56,419 nucleotides of DNA, taken from positions 1-56,419 of IMG/VR virus record IMGVR_UViG_3300006802_000112; one strand, given 5' to 3'. Numbering within the stretch: position 1 is the stretch's first letter; each line of letters opens with the position of its first letter. Both the position numbers and the translations under genes were made by a program. The notes below the pieces were generated by a model. It did no database searches. It worked only from the letters and a program-made list of their open reading frames with translations, and was not told the DNA's origin. This document shows, in pieces, positions 46,010 through 54,576 of this stretch. The stretch comes from a virus. Its lineage: Duplodnaviria; Caudoviricetes.

Positions 46010-48631
46010 TTATTTTAAATATAGTTTTCCGTTTTCTACTCTATCTATTGTTCCACTATACTTCTTACCACCATAATTAAAAGAAATCTTTTCACCTGGT
46101 CCTTTACCCATAAATGTTTCTCCTCCCATTTTTAAATTAGTTAATGGTTCAACACTTCTTGTAAACATAAATGTATCTTCTCCTTTTGGTTTTAATACAT
46201 TATAGGTTAAACGTGGTTTCGCTATAGATGTTATTTCTCCAGAAGGATTCCTAGATATTGCATAACTAGGTATAGATTCTAAATCTTCTGTACTTGGTGA
46301 TTTTCCAAATTCTTGAAATCGATTATACATATTCCACCAATTTCTATTTTGTTTATAGTATGGGTCAGATGTACTGTCTACATATATTGTATCCTGTCCT
46401 TCAACACTTGATAGTGGATTTCCTTCTTTATCATATATTTTTCTAATTCCTCCATTTTCATACATGTTACCTCCCATCTTATAATTAGTATCAAATATAC
46501 TATTAAAAGCATTTCTTGCTTTTGGTAGTAGATACCCTAATCTTTGCGCATTTGCATAGCTACCAGGATAAAACATATCAGTAATTTCATGTAAAGGAGG
46601 TCTAGCATTTTTATAATCTTGATATAATGTTTCAAAAGCTTTTTTATTTTCTTCAGAATTGCCTTCATTTTTACCATATGCAGTTGCAACATTATCATAA
46701 AGATCACTAATCTCATCACTTGTTAAATAATCTTGAGCATAATCACTCCAATATTTATAACCAGTTGTAGGTACTAGATTCCAAAGACTAGCAGAATATC
46801 CATCAACTTCTGATGTATCTTCAATTATAGGACCTCGATATTTAGAATTAGGATTAGAATTACTTTTTCCAGCTTTTCCATCTTTTCCTCCTCCATTTTC
46901 ATAAAAAGAAGGTGTTTGAAATAACCCTCCATAATTCATCTGTGGAGCAGCACCTTGCATTTGTTGAATTACCATTTGAACCATTTGCATTGCTTGTTCT
47001 TCTGGTATTCCATTTTGAACCAATACTTGAACAACTTGTTCAGGAGTAGCACCTTGTTGTAATGCTTGAACAATCATTGCTAGTATTTGTTGTTGCTGTT
47101 GCATCATTGCTTGCTCTTGACTAGCTTGTTGAACCATTTCTTGATCTTCCATAGCTTGTTGTTCTTGCATCATTGATTGTTGTTCAGCTACAGCTTGATC
47201 TTGTGCCATTTGTTCTTCTATTTCTCCACCATCTTCCCAGGTTCCAAATCTTTTGTGCCAGTAAAGAGGTGAAAATGGGTCTTTAGCTTTTGCGGAATTT
47301 TTACCTCCCATTCTTTGCCAAAATCTTTTTTGTCTTTCTTTGTTTTTATGTTGGGTGAAATCATCCATCCCTCTATAACCTCCTTTGACTATTTTGTACC
47401 TATCTCCTTTTTTAGCTAATACTTCCCATTTGTGCTTAGCTCCTTCTGGTGCTCTTTTCTTTACGCCTACTTTAGAGAATCCTCTTTTTTTGTATCTTTC
47501 AGGTATTCCTCCTTTTTTACCACCTGCTTTAAATAACTCTGGGAATAAATCTTCTTTTAAATCTTCTAGCTCATCTTCCATGTCGACTGTAAAATCAGCA
47601 TTTGAATCTTTTAGTGCTCTTAGGAAGTTATATCTCTTCATTCCACCATCCTCAAAAGATACTGATTCAGTTGGTCTTCTACCTGTAAATGCTAGTGCTC
47701 TAACTTTACCAAATTTTTCATCTTCTGGTAAACTTTTATTAAGCTCTTTAATATCTCTATTCATATCCATAGCATGTTTTATTGAGCCTATAATTCCAGG
47801 GTCTCCATAACCAAATTTTTGGATATCTGAGTATTCTGGTAAATCTTGTCCTAAATAATTAACTTCTCCATATCTTCCAAATAAGTCTATTGCAGGAGAA
47901 AATTTTCTTTCGTTTTTTCTTGCTTGTCTACCACCATCTTCAAAAGCGTACCCTAATGCTGTTGCATCATCTTTATATTGAGGTTGTGACTCAAAATATT
48001 GTCTATTTAGATTTTTATAATACCAATCCATTGTATTATCTTGTCTTTTTTGCGCACCCATTCCTGCGAGTATGTTAGCAGCACCTCTTAATCCAGCTAA
48101 ACCTAGTCCAGCTAAACCCATTCCTGGTTTTCCTGATGCAAAGGACCTCCCTGCGTTATATAAAGCCGAGGGCGTTGACATGCCATAAGCATTAAAGAAT
48201 GGAGCCCCTGCTAAAAAACTATCGAAAGCTGTTTGCTGATTAGTTCCTTCTACACCTTCTTCTGTTATTTCTTCATTTACACCTTCTTCTGTTATTTCTC
48301 CATTTGAGTTTTGTAATAAACCTCTTAAGTTTCCTAAATTTAGATTAGGTAAATTTAAGTTAGGTAAATTTAGATTAGGTAAATTTAAGTTAAAAGGTTG
48401 GTCAAATTGTTTTTGTTCTTTCTTGTACTGATTTACAAAATCAGGGTCTATCGTTACTTGGTCTTGTAAATTTAAGTTAAAAAGTTGGTCAAATTGTTTT
48501 TGTTCTTTCTTGTACTGATTTACAAAATCAGGGTCTATCGTTGTTGGAGGCTCACCATAAACTATTTGGTATGCCTCTTCATAGGAATATCCAGCTTGCA
48601 TTAAAGCATTTAGCATTCTCTTTTCTTTCAT
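46010..48631 (-). CDS. Modular cargo protein (873 aa) with about 10 GG linkers
   Basis: Tandem repeats, Gly-rich hydrophobic helix, small basic domain and Q/M-rich helical domain, each bounded by xxxGG. Confidence 0.75.
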   Translation of the reverse strand: MKEKRMLNALMQAGYSYEEAYQIVYGEPPTTIDPDFVNQYKKEQKQFDQLFNLNLQDQVTIDPDFVNQYKKEQKQFDQPFNLNLPNLNLPNLNLPNLNLGNLRGLLQNSNGEITEEGVNEEITEEGVEGTNQQTAFDSFLAGAPFFNAYGMSTPSALYNAGRSFASGKPGMGLAGLGLAGLRGAANILAGMGAQKRQDNTMDWYYKNLNRQYFESQPQYKDDATALGYAFEDGGRQARKNERKFSPAIDLFGRYGEVNYLGQDLPEYSDIQKFGYGDPGIIGSIKHAMDMNRDIKELNKSLPEDEKFGKVRALAFTGRRPTESVSFEDGGMKRYNFLRALKDSNADFTVDMEDELEDLKEDLFPELFKAGGKKGGIPERYKKRGFSKVGVKKRAPEGAKHKWEVLAKKGDRYKIVKGGYRGMDDFTQHKNKERQKRFWQRMGGKNSAKAKDPFSPLYWHKRFGTWEDGGEIEEQMAQDQAVAEQQSMMQEQQAMEDQEMVQQASQEQAMMQQQQQILAMIVQALQQGATPEQVVQVLVQNGIPEEQAMQMVQMVIQQMQGAAPQMNYGGLFQTPSFYENGGGKDGKAGKSNSNPNSKYRGPIIEDTSEVDGYSASLWNLVPTTGYKYWSDYAQDYLTSDEISDLYDNVATAYGKNEGNSEENKKAFETLYQDYKNARPPLHEITDMFYPGSYANAQRLGYLLPKARNAFNSIFDTNYKMGGNMYENGGIRKIYDKEGNPLSSVEGQDTIYVDSTSDPYYKQNRNWWNMYNRFQEFGKSPSTEDLESIPSYAISRNPSGEITSIAKPRLTYNVLKPKGEDTFMFTRSVEPLTNLKMGGETFMGKGPGEKISFNYGGKKYSGTIDRVENGKLYLK
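48251..48542 (-). repeat. Nested tandem repeats (27-, 15- and 87-bp periods)
   Basis: EITEEGV x2 (48251/48278), PNLNL x3-4 (about 48336-48395), TIDPDFVNQYKKEQKQFDQ.FNLNL x2 (48379/48466). Confidence 0.9.
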
Positions 48632-48690
48632 AATTTGTAAAAGTAATAATTTAATTATAAATAATAAAATACATTGGTTTTTTTACTATT

Positions 48691-51606
48691 CTAAAATATT
48701 TTTGGATATCCTATTTTTTGAATTAGATTATGTGGCATTTCTCCTTTCTCAAATGTTTGTTTTGGTGTAGAATATTCTTTTAATAGTTTACCATCTTTTC
48801 TTCTTATCATTTTATAAGATTTTAGGCTACCATCATTGAAAGTTTTTGTTACTTCTCTCTCTGTGAATTTTTTCCTAGGCTCATCATCGAATGCGTATGT
48901 AATATCTTTCTCTACAGTTTTACTTGTTCCAAACATTGGTCTATATACATCTATAACTTTCTTTTTACCAAATTCTGTTGATCCTGAATCTTCCTCATAA
49001 ACTCTTCTATATCCTTTTTTAAAATTAAATTTTGGTATTGAGCCTCCATATTTGTAATCGTTTACTGAACCTCCTTCTTGAAAAGGAAGACGTTGCCTAA
49101 ACTTTGAAAAAACATTTTTAGCAGCTTCACTTTCATTAAGAAAGTATTTAAAAGCTTCAGCTTGATTATCAAAGACTTGACTTTTTCCTCCACTTAGAAT
49201 TCCAGTGTTGCCTGTTCTTAATTTATTAACTTGACTAGCATTTAAAATTCCTTCACTAGGATGATATAAAAATGGAGCTGTTTCCATTGCATTATAATCT
49301 GTCCATAAAAATTTACCTTCAGTAAATCTATCACCTGCACCTGCTCCAATTACTTCATCCAATTGTGCATTTGTCATGTCTCCTCTACCCATACTCATTA
49401 TTCTAGCTTCTTCTGGCATTCCTGCACCAAACTGCTGATTTATTTTATACTCAGGAAGTCTTTGGGTCATTATTCTAACTTTAGATGGATTTTCTAATGA
49501 GCTAAAACCATAGACGGCACCTGGTGGATTTTTAATTACCTTACCAGTTGGGTCTTTTAAGTTTTCTAAATAAAATCCTGTATCATTAGTATTTGGTGTT
49601 TTTAAAAACCATCTGCCTGTAACATCATCTGCTGTGGATGTCATGTTAACATCTGGATGTTCTATTCTATAAGTGTTTTGATATTTAGGTAAACTAAACT
49701 TTCCTTTCATTTTAGTAGTGCCAATCACGTCATCTACATACCTGACAAGACCAGGTGTATAGTTTGCTGCTCTTCTTATTGGTAAACTTTTAACAAAAGC
49801 AGGAATAGGTTCTAGATTTAATGCAGCTTTTTGTAAAGATGTTGAAAAAGGTAACATGCTTTCAGCAGCTATAGTACTAGCACTAGCTCCTGGCATAGCA
49901 GCTAAAGTTAAGCCTACATTTAATGCAGCTGATGGTGCTAAACTTAAAGCTTCAGAAGTTGATTCTTTTAATTTATCTAAAGCCGAAGTGTTAGGATTAT
50001 ATCTTCTAAATCTTCTTTGATATCTTGTTTCATCAGAGGGTGGTGAAAAAGTTGACATTAAGTCAAGAGGTAAAGCCATATAATCGGAAAGTGTCCAAGA
50101 ATCATCCATTACCTTTTTACTAAACTCTTCTTGTGCTTTTCCTTGTAATCTTGTAGGCATTGCTTGCATAGAAGGCTGTCCTTTCATTTCATTTTCTATA
50201 ATCATCTGTGCATTCTGTACAGCTTGATTATGAGATACTCCTGTTTCTTCTTTTATAGCTTTTGTTAAATCTCCTACTCTTTTTATGTGTTCTCTATCCT
50301 TTGTTATTTGTTCTTCAGTAGGTCTAAAGATATTTTCTACTGCAGTTGATTCTGAAACTTCTGGGTCTAATGTGTTTTGATAATATCCAATTGGCTTAGG
50401 TTTTTGTATATTATATTTTTGATTACCTTTTTGATATTTTGGTATAGAACCTCCTTTTTGGAAGTTTACTTTGATACCTCCTTTTTGAAATTCAAAAGTA
50501 TCTGTTTTGCCAACATCTATAAATTTTCTTTTTACCCAAGTTCCATTTGGAAGCTGTTCCCAAAAATATTTAGGTACTTGTTTTGTTCGTTCTTGAGGTT
50601 CAGAATCTTTTGTTGATTTATTTGTTAACTGCGGTTGTATATTTGTTAGCTGTGTTTGTCTTTTTATAGGTAAGCTATCTATAGGTAAGCTATCTATATT
50701 TTCTGTTTTAAAAGTTTTAGTTTCAGGATTATAGTTTTCTACAATCCATTCATTTAAAGCTTTGTTTTGCTCGGCAGTTCCTTTATAGTTTTCAATTCCT
50801 GCTTGTTCTGCTACTTTTTTTCTATTTGAAAAAGAAGAGTCTAAACCTAGTTTTCTAAATCTAACATCTACTGAAATATTTGGATCTGTTGTTCCTGTAG
50901 AATTATCTTCAGGGTAGGGATTAGTAAATACATATCCTTCTTTTTCTACCTTACGTCTAAATTCTTTTTCTTTTTTAGTAAGCATATTCCATGGTTTTAC
51001 CATTACTGGATCATAATAAGGAACCATACTTAAGTCATATATATCATTATGTGAATAATGTAATGCTCCTTGTGGTAATATATATGGACTATATAATATA
51101 GGAGGAGCATCTGGATTAGTTCTATGATCATGGGCCGATAACTTAGTAGGTTTCAAATTTGGATCATATATATAATCATAACCCCCTAAAGTACCATTAC
51201 TTTCATCAAGTCCTAAAAAATCTGATGTGCTATATAAAGTATTTGATATTTTTTTTATTCTATCTAATAAATGATCTTTTGTTAACTCTGGAAATACTTC
51301 TGGATCCTCTAACATATAGTTCTCAATATACTCTCTTTCATATCGTGTGTGATCTGCTGCATATTTTAAGTTTTCTTCTGTAAACGGACTTTCAGATTGT
51401 AGATATGTTTGTAATAGTTTGTAATCTTTTTGATTTCTATAATATGCATCTTTTGCTAATGCATTATTATAAAGTGCTAAACTATCAGCATATGTAGGTG
51501 TACCAGTTTGATATTTTGGTATTGAGCCTCCTTTTTTGAAGTTTACTTTTATTAAATTACTTTTTTTTGTTTGAGGTAAAGATTTTATTTTATAAGTCTT
51601 TTTCAT
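48691..51606 (-). CDS. Modular cargo protein (971 aa) with DUF3597-like and possible ART-like modules
   Basis: GLDSSFSNRKKVAEQAGIENYKGTAEQN; hydrophobic helices then TYRIEH...GRWF...SEGI; GG linkers. Confidence 0.7.
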   Translation of the reverse strand: MKKTYKIKSLPQTKKSNLIKVNFKKGGSIPKYQTGTPTYADSLALYNNALAKDAYYRNQKDYKLLQTYLQSESPFTEENLKYAADHTRYEREYIENYMLEDPEVFPELTKDHLLDRIKKISNTLYSTSDFLGLDESNGTLGGYDYIYDPNLKPTKLSAHDHRTNPDAPPILYSPYILPQGALHYSHNDIYDLSMVPYYDPVMVKPWNMLTKKEKEFRRKVEKEGYVFTNPYPEDNSTGTTDPNISVDVRFRKLGLDSSFSNRKKVAEQAGIENYKGTAEQNKALNEWIVENYNPETKTFKTENIDSLPIDSLPIKRQTQLTNIQPQLTNKSTKDSEPQERTKQVPKYFWEQLPNGTWVKRKFIDVGKTDTFEFQKGGIKVNFQKGGSIPKYQKGNQKYNIQKPKPIGYYQNTLDPEVSESTAVENIFRPTEEQITKDREHIKRVGDLTKAIKEETGVSHNQAVQNAQMIIENEMKGQPSMQAMPTRLQGKAQEEFSKKVMDDSWTLSDYMALPLDLMSTFSPPSDETRYQRRFRRYNPNTSALDKLKESTSEALSLAPSAALNVGLTLAAMPGASASTIAAESMLPFSTSLQKAALNLEPIPAFVKSLPIRRAANYTPGLVRYVDDVIGTTKMKGKFSLPKYQNTYRIEHPDVNMTSTADDVTGRWFLKTPNTNDTGFYLENLKDPTGKVIKNPPGAVYGFSSLENPSKVRIMTQRLPEYKINQQFGAGMPEEARIMSMGRGDMTNAQLDEVIGAGAGDRFTEGKFLWTDYNAMETAPFLYHPSEGILNASQVNKLRTGNTGILSGGKSQVFDNQAEAFKYFLNESEAAKNVFSKFRQRLPFQEGGSVNDYKYGGSIPKFNFKKGYRRVYEEDSGSTEFGKKKVIDVYRPMFGTSKTVEKDITYAFDDEPRKKFTEREVTKTFNDGSLKSYKMIRRKDGKLLKEYSTPKQTFEKGEMPHNLIQKIGYPKIF

Positions 51607-54037
51607 AATTATTCAAATTTGTAACCTAATTTTTTTAATCTAAGATAGGTATCTTTATCTACCTCATCTCCTATTTTGTAATCGTTTATAGAACCCCCTT
51701 CTTTCATGTCATAGTCTAACAATGACTTAGCTATATCGAATGCTGATTTATTATATCTAGTAATTTTTCTAGCCTCTTTTGGATTTGTTATAAATTCATT
51801 ACCAGTAATATCTTTGATTATCATATTTTCTAAAATATCTGTATCTCCCATTTTATCTTTGCCCCAATTTGCTTTTTGATAAGCAACTCTATCTAAGACT
51901 TCTTGAGAAGGAATATACTCTTTATTACCATAACCACGATTTAAAATGTTTTCAGTTCTAGTTGCAAGTCTAATATTTTTTAAACCTTCTCTAGCTCTAT
52001 TAAAAATATCTTTATATTCATCAGTACCTTTCTCTAAAAAAGTATATTCTTCAGAATCATCATCATATTTTGTGATAATTGGTTTTTTGAATAAATAAGG
52101 CTTTTGAATCCTATATCCTATAAATGGATTTTCAGGACTTTCTACATCAGTGAAGTTAAATTGTGGAAGGTTATGAACCTTAATAGCTTCTGACTTTGGA
52201 TCTGTAATAAAATCCCAATGTTCTTTTTTTGAACCCCCTCCTTGAAAGTTAAATCTTAAATTAAAATTAGAAGATATTCCTGAAGGAACTCTTGTAAAAT
52301 TTCCTGATTGGTCAGGATAACCAAATATTTGTTTATTTGCTCCAGCTCCTATAGAAAATTTACCAAGATTTTTTTGAAGATTTATAAAATAGTCTCCTTT
52401 AAAATATGGATTAGTTTTTATATCATATGGTAGGTATCCACCTATTGTACCTTCTAGTCCAAGTTCATTGCTACCTAAAGTGGCTAATCCAAAAAATCCT
52501 TCTGGGGATGGCTCTGCGAATGCATATTTATATATATTTGATGGTTTATAATTATTTTCTGGTAATCCTAAATTAATAGATGGAACTTCTGTGTTTAATA
52601 ATTTTTCTTTTAAATCAAGATATTTTTCTAAATCTGTTGTTGGTATTTTTTTTGATTTACTATTTTGATTATTTAAATAATTAAAACTATCCCCCATTTG
52701 AAATTTAGGTATTAAGCCCCCTTCTTTTTTATATCTCCAATCTGTATATTTTAAATCTATTCCTAGAGGATTTTTAGTGCCTTGTTCAATAGATTTTCTT
52801 AAAGATTCTAATTCTTGCGGATTATTTTTAATAAGGTTTAAAAGCTCTACATTTTTTTCAGTAATTGGTAAATAATTCCTTGCTTTAGCGGGGTTATAAA
52901 ATTGTGGATTTAATATTGGTTCAACGTTTCCTCTATAAAATGCATCAAAATATCTTAATTGCCCTGATGGGCTATGCCCTATTCCTCCGCTAGTTATACC
53001 TGAGCCTAATTCTTTTAAAGCTTGATTTATAGCTTCTTTTGATTCAGCACCAACACCTTTGTATAAACCAATTTCTGCATCTTTTAGGTTCATGTATGGA
53101 TAATCATATTTTGAACCAAATAAAGGTGTCTCAGAATATCCTCCACCAGATGTTGTGTAACCTTGTGTACCTTTTGAAGGGGGACTAAATCCTATATAAC
53201 CAGTATTTTTGCCATCTACATATATTTGTATAGATTTAGGATCATGTGGGCTTGGTTTTAATTCTATATTTAAATTTGGATTTTTCTTTATTCCTAATCC
53301 TTTACCACTTAATTTTTTGTTAGCATTTTGTACAGCTTTTTTAAGTAACTCTATAGGGTTTTCTGTTGTTACTACTTTTGGCTTATTTACAAATGATTCC
53401 CAACTTGGACCAGCTGTATAAATTTGTGCACTTTCCATTGCTAATCTTTCTGCTGGTGTTACAGGTTTAAGCATTTGTTTTACACCTCTAACAATTGATG
53501 GTCCAACAGCTGGTGCAACCATAGCTGCATCTAATAAACTATGCAATCCTAAGTTATTACTAAAAAAATCTTTAGTTAAATGTGTTGCACCTTGCATTGC
53601 TCCAATAGCCATACCTGGTGGAGTAAAATATGCGGCAGTTGTAAATGCTGGGTTATTTATAGTTTTTTCAACACCCATTTTAATAAACTCATCTCTTTCT
53701 TTTTGAGTAGGTTTGTAGGATGGGTCTTCCCACCATTTTTTATCTTGATTTTTTAAAGCTTTTAAATGTGCTTGAACTACTTTTTTATCTTCTTTATATA
53801 ATTGTTGTTCTTCAGTTGGTTTAGTTTTTTGGTTAGTATTTAATTTATGTAAACTTTGTGTATATGGATTGTAACCCCAATTACCAGAATACACACGTTT
53901 TCTAATCAGGTCATCATATGTTTGATTGTCAGAATATCTTGCTCTAGAGTCAAACCAATTAGAATTATCTTTTAGTGTAAGTATTTTGTTTGGTGTCTCT
54001 CCAGCAGTTTGATATTTTGGTATTGAGCCTCCTTTTT
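51504..54037 (-). repeat. 33-bp perfect direct repeat shared by two genes (encodes KGGSIPKYQT)
   Basis: CAGTTTGATATTTTGGTATTGAGCCTCCTTTTT (+ strand) at 51504-51536 and 54005-54037; degenerate copies near 50430 and 49031. Confidence 0.9.
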
Positions 54038-54575
54038 GATAATCTGTTTTCCAAGAGCCCATTCCAAATGCTAGTGCAGCTTCTTTGTTTTTTCCAAAGT
54101 TATATACTTCACCTCTTCTTTCTGCTTCTTTATAAATTTTCATCCAATCTTCTTCATTAGACATATCTACCCATGATTTATCTTCGTTTTGAAATAAGCT
54201 AGGGAATGATACCCAATTACCATTAGGTAATACTTCTGCTCTCATTAAATGAGAAGATACTGTTTCATCTAGATTTTGTCTTACACCCATTCTTTTTTTT
54301 GGCGAGTATTGTCCCCCAAGCTGGTGATTGTCTAGTGGTTTTTCTATAACATACTTAACATTATCTGAGAATTTATAGTTTTTGCCAGGCATCATTTTTT
54401 TGTACTCTAAAATTTTGCCTATTCCAATACCTAATATAGGACCTTTTTTCAATGGTGTTCCGTCATCTTCTTTCATTGTTATTTTGTTAGATGGGATAAC
54501 ATTAAATGGTCTATTTACATGTGGGCTATTCTTTTTATAGCCTTTTTTTGATATGTTAAGTATTTTATTTATCAT
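51609..54575 (-). CDS. Modular cargo protein (988 aa) with GNAT-like and beta-barrel-like modules
   Basis: N-terminal GYKKNSP...IPSNKITM...MMPG..Y.F domain; KGVGAE...SG..HSPSG; amphipathic strands ending NFNLRFNF; GG linkers. Confidence 0.7.
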   Translation of the reverse strand: MINKILNISKKGYKKNSPHVNRPFNVIPSNKITMKEDDGTPLKKGPILGIGIGKILEYKKMMPGKNYKFSDNVKYVIEKPLDNHQLGGQYSPKKRMGVRQNLDETVSSHLMRAEVLPNGNWVSFPSLFQNEDKSWVDMSNEEDWMKIYKEAERRGEVYNFGKNKEAALAFGMGSWKTDYQKGGSIPKYQTAGETPNKILTLKDNSNWFDSRARYSDNQTYDDLIRKRVYSGNWGYNPYTQSLHKLNTNQKTKPTEEQQLYKEDKKVVQAHLKALKNQDKKWWEDPSYKPTQKERDEFIKMGVEKTINNPAFTTAAYFTPPGMAIGAMQGATHLTKDFFSNNLGLHSLLDAAMVAPAVGPSIVRGVKQMLKPVTPAERLAMESAQIYTAGPSWESFVNKPKVVTTENPIELLKKAVQNANKKLSGKGLGIKKNPNLNIELKPSPHDPKSIQIYVDGKNTGYIGFSPPSKGTQGYTTSGGGYSETPLFGSKYDYPYMNLKDAEIGLYKGVGAESKEAINQALKELGSGITSGGIGHSPSGQLRYFDAFYRGNVEPILNPQFYNPAKARNYLPITEKNVELLNLIKNNPQELESLRKSIEQGTKNPLGIDLKYTDWRYKKEGGLIPKFQMGDSFNYLNNQNSKSKKIPTTDLEKYLDLKEKLLNTEVPSINLGLPENNYKPSNIYKYAFAEPSPEGFFGLATLGSNELGLEGTIGGYLPYDIKTNPYFKGDYFINLQKNLGKFSIGAGANKQIFGYPDQSGNFTRVPSGISSNFNLRFNFQGGGSKKEHWDFITDPKSEAIKVHNLPQFNFTDVESPENPFIGYRIQKPYLFKKPIITKYDDDSEEYTFLEKGTDEYKDIFNRAREGLKNIRLATRTENILNRGYGNKEYIPSQEVLDRVAYQKANWGKDKMGDTDILENMIIKDITGNEFITNPKEARKITRYNKSAFDIAKSLLDYDMKEGGSINDYKIGDEVDKDTYLRLKKLGYKFE

Positions 54576-54576
54576 G

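Larger units (their letters stand above)
44614..54326 (-). repeat. Dispersed protein linker repeat [FYWMLHK]-[QKENR]-x-G-G (about 20 copies in 4 ORFs)
   Basis: e.g. HQLGG 54312, YQKGG 54027, KKEGG 52716, FQGGG 52233, MKEGG 51693, FKKGG 51526, FQKGG 50476 and 50449, FQEGG 49069, YKYGG 49042, FEDGG 47930 and 47642, WEDGG 47225, MNYGG 46925, YEYGG 45301, KRDGG 44641. Confidence 0.9.
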
